The notes under the pieces: generated by a model | The model's database searches: none | Seen by the model: only the letters and a program-made list of their open reading frames with translations | Told to the model about the DNA's origin: nothing | Program-made: the position numbers and the translations under genes | Shown here: piece by piece, positions 35,809 through 48,313 of the stretch | How positions within the stretch are numbered: the stretch's first letter is position 1 | Layout: the number at the start of each line of letters is the position of its first letter | From: Cyanophora paradoxa CCMP329 | Lineage: Eukaryota > Plantae > Glaucophyta | Direction: 5' to 3' | Length of the DNA stretch: 64,000 nucleotides | Assembly (NCBI GenBank): GCA_004431415.1 | Contig: QPMI01000034.1 | Coordinates: forward strand, 1 to 64,000

Positions 35809-38349
35809 CTAGTCGAGCTCGACGAGGTGGGCGGGGGCCGGGGGCGCGCAGCAGTCGGCGACGCTGCCGGCGGCGGGCCGCAGGACGGCGCAGCGCGGGT
35901 GCAGGGCCTGCACGAGGGCGCCGCAGGGGCGCGCCCCCGGGCCGCGGCCCGGGGCGAGGACGACGAGCTGGGCGGAGGCGCGGACGGCGGCGAGGCGGGG
36001 GCAGGCCTCGGCGGAGAGGCGGGCGAGGGCGAGGCAGGCCTCCGCCGAGACGCGCTCCAGGCGCGGGCAGGCGACTACGGCGAGCTCGCGCAGGCCGCCG
36101 GCCGCCAGCACGGCGAGGGACTCGAGGCGGGGGCCCCGCGCAGCTCGAGGCGCTCGAGCAGGGGGCAGCCGGCGAGCTCGAGGCGCTCGAGGCGGGGCAG
36201 GCGGCGGGGAGGGCGGCGAGGAAGGGGGCGCGGGCGACGTGGGCGGCGCCGGAAAGGCGGAGGGAGCGGAGGGCGGGGCAGCGGAGCTCCAGGCGCCGGA
36301 ACTGGGCGCTCGGGTCCAGAAAGGCCCGCGCGGGGGCCCCGCGGCGCTCGCCGGCGAGGGGCGGGCGAGGAGGACGGGGGCGTGGGAGCCCTCGTCGGCG
36401 GCGCGCGGGGCCGGCGGGCGCCCCGGCTCGTCCCCCGCGCACACCTCGAGCTCCCGCAGGGCGGGGCAGTCGAGGGCGAGCAGGGAGGGGGCCTCGGGGA
36501 GGGAGGGGGCGGCGGAGAGGCCGGCCAGGCGGAGGCGGCGGAGGGCCGGGGAGGCGATGCGGAGGGCGACGGGGTAGGGCGGCCCCTCGAAGTGCACGTC
36601 CTCGAGGGCGAGGGAGGTGAGGGCGGGGAAGCCGAAGGGCCCGAGGAGGGCGCGGGGGAGGAGCGAGTCGGCGAGGGCGGGGCCGCCGGGGGCGGCGCCA
36701 GCGCGAGCTCGCGGAGGCGGCGGCGGCGGCGGCGTCGCAGGCGAGGCCGGCGAGGGCCTCCCCGGGCCGGCCGCGAGCCGCGCCACGCCCCGCAGCGCCG
36801 CCCGCTCCACAGCCGGGCACTCCACGAGCTCCACCGCGGGCCGGCCTCGGGGGCCCAGCCGCAGGGCGCCCACGCCTCCCGCTCGCGGTGCTCGTCGCAG
36901 GAGGAGGACGGGGAGGAGGGGCGGGCGGGCGGTGGGCGTGGGCGTGGGCGGCGGCGAGGGAGAGAACGCGGAGGCGGGGCAGCGGGTCGCGCGGAGGGCG
37001 CAGGGCCCGGGGCCTCGACGCGGAGGGCGAGCTCCTCGAGGGCGGGGCAGCCGGCCGCCCCCGCCCGCAGCGCGGCGAAGCCCGGGCCCTCCAGCGCCAC
37101 CCGCCGCGCCTTGTGCGCCGGCCCCAGGCTCACCGAGGCGGCGACGGGCCGGAGGAAGCCCGGCGGGAGGCCTCCGATGCAGAGCTGCGCGCGGCGGCGT
37201 GAGGGGCGGCGGGCGGGCGGGCGGGGCGGGGGCACCTCCTCGAGCCGCTCCAGGCCGGGCCCGAGCTCCACAACCGGCGGTGGGCCCTCCGCCCCGCCCC
37301 GCCCCAGCGCGCTGCCCCACGCGCCGCCGCGGATGCGGAGGACGCGGAGGGAGGGGAGGGCGGCGCAGAGCTCGGGGAGGGGCGGGAGGCGGCCGGTGTC
37401 GCCCCAGTGCGGGAGGGCCACGTCGAGGCAGGCGAGGCGCGGCAGGCAGCTCCGGAGGCTCTCGGGGGGAGCAGCGCCGCGCCGGGCGGGGCCTCCTCCT
37501 CGAGCCCGCCGGCGCGGGCGACGACGGCGAGCCGCTCGAGGCGCGCGAGGGCGCTGCTCCTCGCGAGGACCGCCCGCACGGTCTCCGGCGGCGCGACCAG
37601 CGCCTCCAGCTCCGAGCGGCGCGCGACCAGCGCCTGCGCCACGGCGCCCGCCTGCGGGCACCCGACCACCCGCCGCAGGGCCCGCGCGCTGCCGCCCGGT
37701 CATGATCAGATGCAACGCGCCGCTTTTGATCATGGGGGCGCACTTCGAGATGAGCGCAGCGGTGGGCAGCTGCGCGTTGGATGGCACAGGGGCCGGGTCC
37801 TCTCCGAAGCGCAGCTCCTCCAGCTGAGGGAAGAGGCTGTGGAAGCGCGCCGCCTCCGCAACCGACGCCGGCGCGCGGAAGCGCTCCAGGCTCACTGCAG
37901 CGGCGTTGAGATGATCCCGGCGATACGGAAGCCGCGGGGCGCACCGATCTTAATCGCCGCCGAATCCTCGAAGCGCGCGGCGAGCGCCAGAAGGTCCGCG
38001 AAGCGAAGAGACCGAGGTGCATCGACTCCGGGAGGCAGCAGTGACAGCGTGTGGCGCTCCCAAACAGCACGAGACAGCGCAATCCTGCGACGGGGACGTG
38101 AGGGGGACAGCGCATGCGCAGTGCGCTTGCGGGGCCTGAGCGCGCGAACCTCCTGAGCCGAGCGCACACGAGCGCCACGTTCACCAGAATCTCGTAATCG
38201 TTGAGCTGGGCGACAACAATTTCGAGAAGGCGGTCCGGCAGCTGCAGCAGAGCGAGCGGCGTCGGCTCGAGCTCCGCATCGCTCCCTCCGCCTTCGTCCT
38301 CTGCAGCGCTCGCGGGGCGTTTCCGGCCGCGGGAGCTGCTCGAGCTCAT
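35809..38349 (-). CDS. F-box/LRR protein
   Basis: N-terminal F-box LLQLPDRLLEIVVAQL..ILVNVALVCARLR followed by many CPxLxxL-type leucine-rich repeats. Frameshifts probably from assembly indels. Confidence 0.8.
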   Translation of the reverse strand: MSSSSSRGRKRPASAAEDEGGGSDAELEPTPLALLQLPDRLLEIVVAQLNDYEILVNVALVCARLRRFARSGPASALRMRCPPHVPVAGLRCLVLFGSATRCHCCLPESMHLGLFASRTFWRSPRASRIRRRLRSVRPAASVSPGSSQRRCSEPGALPRAGVGCGGGALPQPLPSAGGAALRRGPGPCAIQRAAAHRCAHLEVRPHDQKRRVASDHDRAAARGPCGGWSGARRRAPWRRRWSRAARSWRRWSRRRRPCGRSSRGAAPSRASSGSPSSPAPAGSRRRPRPARRCSPREPPELPAAPRLPRRGPPALGRHRPPPAPPRALRRPPLPPRPPHPRRRVGQRAGAGRGGGPTAGCGARARPGAARGGAPAPPARPPPLTPPRAALHRRPPAGLPPARRRLGEPGAGAQGAAGGAGGPGLRRAAGGGGRLPRPRGARPPRRGPGPCALRATRCPASAFSPSPPPTPTPTARPPLLPVLLLRRAPRAGGVGALRLGPRGRPAVELVECPAVERAALRGVARLAAGPGRPSPASPATPPPPPPPRARAGAAPGGPALADSLLPRALLGPFGFPALTSLALEDVHFEGPPYPVALRIASPALRRLRLAGLSAAPSLPEAPSLLALDCPALRELEVCAGDEPGRPPAPRAADEGSHAPVLLARPSPASAAGPPRGPFWTRAPSSGAWSSAAPPSAPSAFPAPPTSPAPPSSPPSPPPAPPRAPRARRLPPARAPRAARGPRLESLAVLAAGGLRELAVVACPRLERVSAEACLALARLSAEACPRLAAVRASAQLVVLAPGRGPGARPCGALVQALHPRCAVLRPAAGSVADCCAPPAPAHLVELD

Positions 38350-38497
38350 GGTGGCGACGGCTCTTCACAGTGTGCGCGGCAATGCGCCAAGTGCCCTCTG
38401 TACCCCCCATCAAGCCAACCTTCTACCCCTAGCCTGTAGGCCTCTCGTACCCCCCTCTTACTTTTTTGCGGTGGGGTTTTTGGTGGGTAATTCATGA

Positions 38498-40339
38498 TCA
38501 GGGCCCCGGGCGTGGGGCGGAGGTGGGGGCGCCATGGCCAGCTGCAGCTGCAGGCGCGCCCTGCTCGGCCGCGCCGCGGGCCAGGGAGACGCCCCTGTGG
38601 TGGGGAACGGAGGGCCGCACGAACGTGTGGAAGCTGCGGGCGGGGCGTGAGCTGCAGGCGCGCGGACGGGGCGGGGCGGGGCGGGCGGGTGGTGGCGGGG
38701 CGGACGTGTCGTGCCAGAGGTCGCCGAAGGCGAGGGCGCGCGAGAGGCGGGCCAGCAGCAGCGGCTCCTCCGCCTCCGCCTCCGCCTCCTCGTCCCCCGC
38801 CGACGAGGGCAGCGTCCCGTACGCCGCCGTGGGCGTCGGCGTGCGCGGGGCGGCGCGGTGGCGCCCCGGCTCGAACTGCTCGGCGCTGAAGGCCACGCTG
38901 AAGACCGCCGCCGCCAGGAACATCTGCCGCCGCCGCTCGGTTCCGGCGCGGGGCGCGGGCCTAGGGCGGCGGGCGGGCGGGCCTCGAGGCAGATGAGGAA
39001 GCCCTGGATGCCGATGGCGACGTTGCGCTGCTCGAAGGGCGGCACCGGCACGATGTACCCCATCCGGAAGAGCGCCGCGATCACCACGCCTGCGATCCGG
39101 GGCGCGTGGGCGGGGCGCGGGCGGCGAGGGGCGGCGGCGCCTGCCGCGGCTCACGCACCCTGCCAGAAGTTGAAGAAGACGATCCACTGCGCGGCGGGTC
39201 AGGCGCCGGGGGCCGGGGGGGGGGCGGCGGGGGCGGGGCGGGCCTTGATGCAGAAGAACTTGAGGACGGGGTAGAAGGGCCCGAGCTCGGGGCGGAGGAC
39301 CCAGTAGAAGGAGGCGAGGGCGTACATCGCCGTCGAGATCGACGCGTTCTCCAGCACCAGCAGGTAGATGTACGCCCGGTCCTGCCCCCCGGCCCCGCCC
39401 CGCTCGCCCAGGCGCGGCGGGCGCGGCGGGGCGGGGCGGCGGGGGGAGCGCACGGGCTCGAAGACGGTCTCGTTGTACCAGTGGAAGAGCTGGAGGAGGG
39501 CGACGGCGACGGCCAGCAGCGGCTTGATGAACACGAACTGCAGCACGCCCTGCCGGCACCGCAGCAGAAAGCCCGGCCCCTGCCCACGGCGTCGCTCCCG
39601 CGGCGGCTGGGGCCAGGGCCGGGAGGGGCGGGTGGGGCGCACGGGCTGGTAGGGGGGCAGGCAGCAGAGGGGCGGGAAGGGGTGGTAGGGCTCCTTGGCG
39701 GCCAGGATGGCCAGCAGCTTCCTCTCCCCGCCCAGGAAGTCTGTGCGCGCGCGCGTCAGGGCCGGCCGCGCGGGGGAAGGAGCAGTGGACGGGCCGCTGA
39801 GCATGGCGAAGAACTGGTAGACGCTGCGGGGCGGGGCGGGCGTCGGGCGGGGCGAGGAGCAGGGGCCGGCCGCGGGCGGAAAGCGGCGGACATGAAGCCC
39901 TGGTAGAAGTCGCGGAGCTGGGGGGGCGCGTGAGGCGCGGGGCGGGCGGGGCGGCGGGGCGGGTGGGGCACCATGGCGATCCAGTCGGCGGCGCGGGAGA
40001 GGTGGAGGGCGTTCCAGAGGGTGACCCAGCTGCTGAGCGAGTAGACGGGCACCATGAGGACGATGCGGATCGCCCGCGACTGGATTGTCGGCCGCGTGAA
40101 CGTCCGCAGGTGGCCCAGGATCGTAACCGTGCTCACGATGCACTGAGATGCGCGGTCAAGCCGGTTACCGAGGTTAGCACGCATACGTGGGTTCGCACCG
40201 CAAGAACTGTGGCGACGCCGGCGACGGAAAGCGACACGCGGTAGTAGTCCATGTGCCCAAAAGGCCCGCTGGTAGGCCCATCGTCCCCGCCGGACTCCTC
40301 GCCGCCGGCCGGCCGCGGCCACGCCATCAAATTGGCCAT
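38498..40339 (-). CDS. TMEM184: TMEM184/organic solute transporter alpha (LAZ1-like) membrane protein
   Basis: GHLRTFTRPTIQSRAIRIVLMVPVYSLSSW, HPFPPLCC, CRQGVLQFVFIKP, PVLKFFCIK, FFNFWQ, IQGFLICLEM. Confidence 0.9.
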
Positions 40340-40904
40340 GATTGCGCCACTTCCCGTCAACTCGGTCGACGAAGCTATGCAGTCGACGGTGGGAGATATT
40401 CTAGCGCTGCAGACAATGTCTTCGCCGCACGCGTTCAACCAGTCAGCTCCGCCGTCACGCCTTGCAGCTGGCTTCTGGCGCAGACTCGCGCTTCGCTTCG
40501 CGCGAGAAGGCCTAGAGAGGCAAGCTGTCTCCACGTGGCCGAGGTCGGCCGCCGCCCGGGCTTGGTCGTCGTACGAAGCGCTAGCTTCGTGACGGCAGGA
40601 GGCGTGTCTTCGGGTTCACAACAACCCCGCACGCGCTTCCGACCGCTTTCCGACACTCAGACTGCCGCTGCAAGCTCAGTTCGGCCGGCGGCCGCGAACC
40701 GACGGGTACAACAAACCGAGCGCCTGCATTTCCCTGGTGCTGCTCCTGCTGCTCGGCTGTGCTCATACAAGAACTGTAGCTAACAGCATCTACTGCACGC
40801 TGCATCTGAGGACGAGTCTTGAGAGGCCGTCCGCACATCTCAAATTTCGAGAGGAGCAGCCTCGGCGCTCAGCCTCGGCGGGGCGGCAGAGCTGCAGTAC
40901 AGCG

Positions 40905-41435
40905 ATGAGGAATCCGTTCAGCTTCATCTTCACGGTCCGCACCGCCCTCGCGTCCCTCTAGCTGTTGAGCGGCCGCGTCCACTTTGCGACGCGTTAGAGT
41001 ACGTGCTGACACGCTGGGTCCAGGGCGTTGTCTTCTCGATAATAGGCTACGCCGTTGGCATAGCTCTCGAGCGTGTGATCTGGTCGGGGACGCCGCCCAC
41101 GCCACTGAGCATGCTGCCGAAGCGGATAGGGCGCCGCAACTGCGCCTTCGTGCAGCTCGCTATCAACATCGTCGTGCTGTACGTCTTCGAGCTACTCGCC
41201 CCGAGCTGGGCCGTCGCCCTCACCCTCACAGGTCCGCTGCGCATGGGCCGAGCCGGCGCCCCTGCCGCCTCCCGTTGGCTCACTCCGCTGCGCGCGCGGG
41301 CTGGCAGAGGGCATGCTCTTTCCCGCGGTGCTCTTCGGGGTGCAGGCGAGGATGTTCGAAGCGATGGCCGACACGGCGGGGCGGGACGGCACCGGCCCGC
41401 TCCTCGGCCGCGCCGCCTCCGATAAGCTCGCATAG
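40905..41435 (+). CDS. Small multi-pass membrane protein, unknown family
   Basis: Three exons give MRNPFSFIFT|GVVFSIIGYAVGIALE..FVQLAINIVVLYVFELL..|EGMLFPAVLFGVQARMF..* with in-frame GT-AG introns. Confidence 0.6.
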
Positions 41436-41452
41436 CCTCAGAGAACCTGCCT

Positions 41453-44400
41453 TCATTCTGTACATAACCAACAGCACGCTTTGCTGGGCGGGTCAGCTGG
41501 CGGCGGCGACGAGGCGGGCGGCGGCGGCGGCGGCGGAAGCGGCGGAGCGGCCGCTGACGCTGCTCCACGGCCGCACGGCGTCGACCGAGCCCCGGCGCTC
41601 GTCGGGCCCCGCCGCCCCGCCCCCTCGGCCCCCGCCGCCGCCGGCGCGGGCTGCACCAGAACCGCCGGTGGCGCGGGCGCAGGACGGACGAAGGGGGCGG
41701 CCTGCTGCCGGGAGGGTTGGGGCGGCGGGCGGCCGGGGCGGAGGACGGAGGGCGGGGCGGCGATCGATGCGGGATGCGAGAGGGCGGCGTGCGGGGCGGG
41801 GAACGCGGGCCGCGTGGGAGGGAGCGGGGCGCGGGCGGCGGAGGCGGGGGCCGGGCTGCGGGGCGGCTCGGGCGGGGCGAGAGGGCGGGCGGGAGCGGGG
41901 CGGCCCCTCGAGGCCCCAGACGGCCTGCAGGGAGGGCGCGGAGACGGCGTGCCGCAGCGGGCTCGGCTGCTGCAGCGACGGCCGCCGCGCCGGCACGCCG
42001 CCCCGCAGCGAGTCTGCGCGGCGGCGTCAGCGGGCGTGATGGGCCGGGGCGCGCGGAGCGGGCGCGCGCGCCTGGGAGAGCGGGCCGCGTGGGAGGAGCG
42101 GGGCGTGGAGGGCGGCGGGGGCGGCGAGGGAGTCGAGGAAGACCGAGGGCGGGGCGGAGTCGAGCGCCGCCGGGGAAACGCGGGGCGGCGCCCCGAGGCG
42201 AGCCGCGCGAGGGCGACGGCGGCAGCGCCGGGGCCCCGCGAGGGGCGCGGAAGCGCGGGAGCACGGGGACGCCGCCGCGGGATGCGGGGGCCGGGGAGGG
42301 CGGGCGGAGGCGGGGGCGGGCGTGCGCGGGCGCGGGCGGCGTCGGCGGCGAGGGCGCGGATGGCGGCGGCGCCGGCGGGGGCGGGCGGGGGGGCGGGGCC
42401 GGGCGGGGCGGGGCCCGTGGGAGGAGGCGGCGCGGAGGCGGGGGCGGTGAGGTCGCCGAGGCCGTAGAGGGAGCCCGTGCTCGCCGGCCGCGACGGCCCG
42501 CCCGACTCCGACGCGGCGCCGGGGAGGCCCTCGGGTTGATCGGGGCGGGGCGGGCGGTGCGGCGGCGGGGGCGGCCCCGCCGGCCCCGATCTCGGCGGCC
42601 AGGAGGGAGGCCTCCCCGAGCTCCGCCGCCATCCTGCGCGCCCCCGCGGCGCCGTCAGACAGTGTGCTCGTAAGTGGCAGGGGCCGGGGGCGGGGCGGGC
42701 CTGGCGGCGGCGGAGCGCCAGGCGCTGCGGCGCTGGTCGGGGTCCAGCATCGAGCGCGGCGAGGGCGCCCGCCACGCGCTCTCCCGCGCCCGGCCCTCCG
42801 GCCCGCCCCCTCCCGCCACAGGGGCGCCCCGAAGCCCCGACGCGCTCCGCCGCCTCGGGCTCGGGCGTCGCCGGGGGCTGGAGGGAGGGCTGCCGCCAGC
42901 CGAGCGGCGGCGGGAGCTCCAGGAGGGGCCCCGGCCCCGCCGGCCCGGCCTCCTCCTCCACCCCCTCCAGCCCCGTCAGGAAGGCCGCCGGGGCCGCCGC
43001 AGGCGGCGCGGAGGGCGGCGCGGCGGGCGCGGGGGCGGGCGCGCGTCGGGGCGGCGGGCGGGGCGAGGCGCGGGCGGAGCGGGGCGGGGCGGGGAGCGAG
43101 CGGCGGGGCGGGCAGGGGTGGGGCGGGGGTCCGGGGAGGCAAGGGAGCGGGCGCGGGCCGGGCCTTGGGGACCTCCAGGCTCGCCCGCCGGCTCCCGGGG
43201 CGCTCGCCGGCGCCGCCAGCGACTGCTTCCGCCGCCGCCGCGCCGCCCGCTCCCGCGCCCCCGCCCCTCCTCCCGTCCGCGGCGGGGCCGGCCTCGAGCG
43301 GAGCCTCGGCCTCGCCGGCGGGGGGCGGGCGAAGGAGGGGAGGCGGTCGATGGCGAGGTGCTCGCCGGTCGAAGCGGCGTGGAGCCAGGCGCGCAGGGTG
43401 GCGGCGTGGCGCCCGGTCCCCTCCGCGGCGTGCTCGAGGAGCTCCTCCCAGAGGGCCCGCTGCACCGCCTCCTCCGCCACCCCCGGCCCCGCTCCGTGCC
43501 CGTGCTCGTGCCCGTGCCCGTGCCCGTGCCCCGCCTTCGGCGACACCTGCCGCCCCGGCGTCAGGCCCGCGCGGCGAGGCTGGGCTGGGCGGGGCGGGGC
43601 GGACGCACGGGGTTCGGGGAGTGCGGGGAGGGGCGGGGCGCTCGGCCTCGAGGCGCCGCATGCGCGCGTTGACGACGTCGGCGAGCCACGCGTGAAACTC
43701 CGCCGCCGCCTCCGCCTCGCTCACCTCCGCCGCCTCCCCCAGCCCCCGCCGATGCCCCCGCCCCGGCAGCGGCAGCGAGCTCCGCCGCGAGGCGCCGCCC
43801 TGCGCGAGGCGAGCGCGTGAGGGCGGCGGCAAGGGGCGAGGCGGGGGCGGCGGCTCGCCTCGCGGGAGAGGCCGAGGCTGCGGTCCAGGGCCTGCTGCTG
43901 CGCGCTCTTCGCCCTGCGGCGGGTGCGGAGGTCGGCGGGGCGGGGCGGGGAGGGCGGGGGGCGGGGCGGCGCGTACAGCGTCACGATGCCCATGATGGAG
44001 GTGCGCCTCGCGGGGGTCAGCAGGCCGAGCTCCCGGAGCTGCCGTATCGCCCGCGCGCGGCTGCGGTCGACGTCGTACTTGGGCAGGCCGAGGCGCTCCC
44101 GCCGCAGCTCCTCCATCACCTCCCGCGGGTCCCGCATCCACTCCGCCTGCGACACGTCCACCTGCGCCACCGCCCCGCCCCGTCAGCACCCGCGGCCTCC
44201 CGGCGCGCCCGGGGGCACGGGCGGCGCGCCTTGACGATGGAGGGCCGGCGGGCGGTCGCCCTCTCGGCGGGGGCGAGCAGGGGCGAGAGGCCGCCGGGCC
44301 GCGGCTCCTCTGGCGCCGGCGACTCCAGCTCCGCATCCGAGTAGTCCGCCAGGAGCACGACCTGCGCCGCCCCGTGAGCCGCACACGGAGCTCGGTGGGC

Positions 44401-44718
44401 CGGGGGGCGGTTGGGGCGCACGGGGCGTGGCGAGGTCAGAAGCGAGCCGCGCCGAGAGGGGCTCAGGTCCTCGCGCGTTGGCGACGCGACGCCGAAGCCC
44501 TCGAGCGCGGAGCCGTCCGCATCATCAGTCCGGGCTTCGTCGCCGCTTTGGGACGGGTCCACTTCCTGTGACACCTGCACTGCGGGCTCCTCGCGGCTCC
44601 CCTCGCTCGCTGCCTCATCCAGGGATATCGAGGGCGGCTGCAGAGTCTCAGTCTCATCATCTCGCGCCTGCTGCTCCCACTGGCGGAGCGCCTCCTCCTC
44701 GTCAGCGTCCCAGCTCAT
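41453..44718 (-). CDS. Hypothetical low-complexity protein
   Basis: MSWDADEEEALRQWEQQ start. Ordered patch EWMRDPREVMEELRRERLGLPKYDVDRSR. (GH)n repeat at 43495-43531. Host-type introns. Confidence 0.55.
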
Positions 44719-44899
44719 CTGCGCATGCCTGGCATATGGATGACACTGTATATCAGCTGAAGCTGCCTCAGGGCCTAGATCTGATCGTAACTCAGGAGCC
44801 TTGGAGCACGGAGCTGACTCCTCAAAATTGATCTACCCCAACGCTAACGCACTGCGTTGCATCCGTCGCTGCAGCTGGCAGTTACCAAGCTACGGCAAA

Positions 44900-45878
44900 A
44901 TGAGAGCGCAGCGAAAAGAGCAGCAGACTGCGCTCACAGCTGCGAAGCTGCACGTCGCCTCCAGTGCAACAGTCGTCCGGGTGCCCTTCATACGTGCCGA
45001 TACACGCCCAGCCGAGCCGCCTGAGCGCTGCGGCAGGTGCTGGTGGGCTTTAGCTTCATATCAGGGCTCCTTTTCGCCATCGGGTGCGTGCTGCCCTTGA
45101 CGTCGCTTCGGCCCATCGCTTCGCCGGCCTGAACGACCGGCGCATTTGACGGCTGCCTGCTGTATACCTGACGATCCGCGACGCCTCGCGCAGCGCGGGG
45201 ATCAACTTCAAATTCCACAGCGGGTATTGGGTCGTAGGCGTCATGTTCACACTGGGACTGCTGCTCATGGGCTCGGCCGGTGCGCCGCGCGTCCCTGGTC
45301 GACAGTGCAAGCCGCGTACGTGTTGAGCCGGGGCGTGCGCAGTGGTGGCGTGCCACGGGATCAGCCGGCGGCGGAAGTGGGAGCTGACCTGCTTCGCCTG
45401 CGTGACGGGGCTCGTGGCCGCGCTGGAGGCCTCAGCATCGATCTACTGTCTCTGGGGTGCTCCTCGCCCATCCTCCCGCCTGCCCGCGGCCAACCAACCC
45501 CGCCCGCAGCTGTCGCGCACATCGCCGAGTCGCTGCGGCGCCTCGCTGCGGAGAGTGCGCCGCGCGGACCCCCGATGCGCCCCGCAGCGGGCGGCTGAGG
45601 CGGCCGGCAGAGCCGGAGGAGTTCGCAGCGACGTTCAACGGGCAGCCGGTGGAGGATGCGATCCAGGCGGTGCGGGGCAACCTGGAGTGGACCGCCGCCC
45701 TCGGCCTCGCCCTCAGCGTCGCCCAGGTCGCCTCCATCATCGCAGGCCCGCCCCGCCCGCCCGCCCGCCCCCGTCCCGCCCCGTGCTGACCGCGGGGTCC
45801 GCTGCAGGCCTGATGTACCGGCGGGCGATACGGGAAGGGCTCTACGCAGAACAGGCGCAGACCGCACAGTGGGTCTAG
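44900..45878 (+). CDS. Multi-pass (tetraspanin-like topology) membrane protein
   Basis: Spliced hydrophobic segments VLVGFSFISGLLFAIG, LTCFACVTGLVAALEASASIYCLW and WTAALGLALSVAQVASIIAGLMY. Confidence 0.55.
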
Positions 45879-46017
45879 CTGCCCCCGTCTCCCCCCTTTC
45901 CCCCCTCTTCCCCCCCCCCACCCCACCCCCCCCCTTCCTTCAAACTCCTCCGGCCGGCCTCCCTCCCTCCAGCGCGCACCGGGCCCCGCGTTTCAATGTA
46001 CAGCTCGTTCGAGGCCG

Positions 46018-46958
46018 CTACTGCTCGGGGAGGGGCGTGCCCGGGGCGCCGATGGCGTCGAGGGTGAGCCAGACGACGTGGGCGTTCTGGATGCGGAGGG
46101 TCTGGGCCTGGCGCGGGAGGGCGCCCCACGTCTCCCCGGGCAGGCACAGCTTCCCCACGTCCGCCAGGAGCTCCGCCAGGGGCACGCCCTCCCGCCGCGC
46201 CCGCGCCACGTCCCGCACCACGTACTCCAGGCCCTGGCCCCGCCCCGCACCCCGCGTCGGCGGAGCGCCCGGCGGACCCCGGCCCGGCGCGCGCCCCCGC
46301 TCGAGGGCGCCGGCACCTGTGCGGCGGGGTCGTCGAGGCGGGGCTCGCTCCAGCCGCGCTCGCGGGCGTCGTGGGGCCGGTAGCGTTCGTGGCGGAGGGC
46401 GGCGTAGACGGCGAGGATCCAGCCGTTGCGCGCCACGCACTCCTCGTCGTCCAGCCGGATGAAGCTGTCCACGCCGTCGTCCCCCGAGCTCAGCTCGTTC
46501 CCCGAGATCTCCAGCCGCAGCGCCGGCAGGCTGAAGCCGTGCAGGTACGCCGCGATGGCCGCCTCGCAGAAGGCGCGCAGGCAGCCGAAGTAGCGCGGAT
46601 CGCCGCGCCGCGCCTGGCCCGTGTAAGTGTACACGAAAGCCTTTCGGAAGGTATTCTCCAGTGCGAGCGTGATAATCTCTCCGGCGTCCTGCGGCGCCGA
46701 CAGCTCCGCCGCCACCTCGGCTGGCCTCGGTCGCGGTCGAATTGCTATTTGGAGCGCGGTCGGTATCCGTAGCGTGCTGGTCGGAACAAACTCCGTTCGC
46801 GGTAGCAGCCGGCCCTCTAGTCGCCGCGCTCTTGCACGTGCGCGCTCAGAAGCGCTCGGCCGAGGCGCGCCCGGGCACACCAACGAGCTAGCAAGTGCGC
46901 ATTGAGAGGGAGCTGAGTTGCGGCCGGCCGCCGGCGCGGGGCTCACGAAGCCGGGCAT
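46018..46958 (-). CDS. Probable plastid-targeted uncharacterised protein
   Basis: N-terminus MPGFVSPAPAAG.. is Ser/Ala/Arg-rich with Phe at position 4, followed by a globular region (LENTFRKAF..LRAFCEAAIAAYLHGFSL..RNGWILAVYAAL). Confidence 0.6.
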
Positions 46959-46960
46959 GT

Positions 46961-47106
46961 CGATCGCTAGCTAGCCTGGCTGCACTCAAGACTTGTCACG
47001 AGCTTACGGTGGTTGCGCCGCTATGTGGCCACTCGGCGGCTATGGCAAGTGCTTCGGAGCTGCGCTGGCGTTCCGGCGAAGCTGCAGTTTGATCCCCCCT
47101 CGGCGG
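46961..47106. repeat. ~146-bp dispersed repeat copy 1 (occupies the divergent promoter between the 46958 gene and RPL18)
   Basis: Reverse complement nearly identical to 62903-63056. Confidence 0.95.
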
Positions 47107-47142
47107 GTACAGGAGGTTCATTAGGGGGATACCGGCGAAAAC

Positions 47143-48065
47143 ATGGTGCGGGCCCGCTCGCGCCCCGCGCAGCCCGGCGAGGCGTCGGGGCGATTCAAGA
47201 ACACGGACTTACGATGCCCGCCGCGCTTTCCGCGTGCAGGGTGTCGATCTCGAAGCGGGTGGGCGCAAGAAGAACCAGGGCCGCACGGAGCCCGCGAGCC
47301 AGAATGTCTACATTCGGCTCCTCGTCAAGGTTAGCCAGAACGACCCGGAAGCCCGGGATCCCAAACGGACCTCTCGTCGATCACGCACGCCGTGCTAGTC
47401 CTGGCGACAGCAGCGGCCACCTGGCGATATGCGCGACTGCAGCACAAAGCTAGAAGTCTAGATTACGCTAGCGCACCCCGCAGCGATCCCGTGCATGCCC
47501 TGGTCGCTCACGCTCGCCGCAGCTGTACCGCTTCCTTGCGCGGCGCACGGACTCCAAGTTCAACAAGATCATCCTGAAGCGCCTGTTTATGAGCCGCGTC
47601 AACCGGGCCCCGATCTCGCTGTCCCGGCTCGCCCGCCTCCTGAAGGGCAAGGGCGACAAGATCGCCGTCATTGTCGGCACTGTGACCGACGACGTGCGCC
47701 TCCTGGACGTCCCCAAGCTCACGATCTGCGCTCTGCGTGTCACGGAGACCGCCCGCGCCCGCATCCTCAAGGCCGGCGGCAAGATCATGACCTTCGACCA
47801 GCTGGCCCTTAAGGCCCCCACTGGCGCCAACACCCTGCTGCTCCGCGGCCCCCGCTCGCGTGAGGCCATCAAGCACTTCGGTGCCGCTGGTGTGCCGCAC
47901 TCGACTGCCAAGTGAGCTCCCCGCCGCCGCCTCCGCCGCACTCCTCGTGCTCGCTATTGCGTAGCGCAGCCCTAACGCGTGTTGCGCAGGCCCTACGTTC
48001 GCTCGAAGGGCCGCAAGTTCGAGCGCGCGCGTGGCCGCCGTGGCTCGCGTGGCTTCAAGGTATAA
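47143..48065 (+). CDS. RPL18: 60S ribosomal protein L18 (eL18)
   Basis: ATG-only first exon, then [30 protein letters not shown]|[61 protein letters not shown]. Confidence 0.98.
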
Positions 48066-48313
48066 GCGGGCAGCATCCTCCGCTAGAGACTTGGTCTCCC
48101 CATTCGCCAGTTCTGTGCCGCACCGATCCCCCGGGATCTGTCAAATCGTCGAGGTCCCTCATCTCAGTATTCCGGATGCGAGGCTCGCGTTGGGGCTCGA
48201 GGGTTCGGGCGGGTGTTGGGCTGGGGCCTCGCGACGCGACGGGGCCAGCCGCTCTCCCTTCCTCTTGCTTCTTTCACTTTCGCCCCGCGTTTCCGTCGTC
48301 ATTTTGGTTTTCC

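Noticed and set aside
47330-47522. RPL18 intron 2 hairpin (GTGCTAGTC..GACTGCAGCAC) followed by ACA as a snoRNA
   Set aside because: No H box and no recognisable rRNA-complementary pocket.
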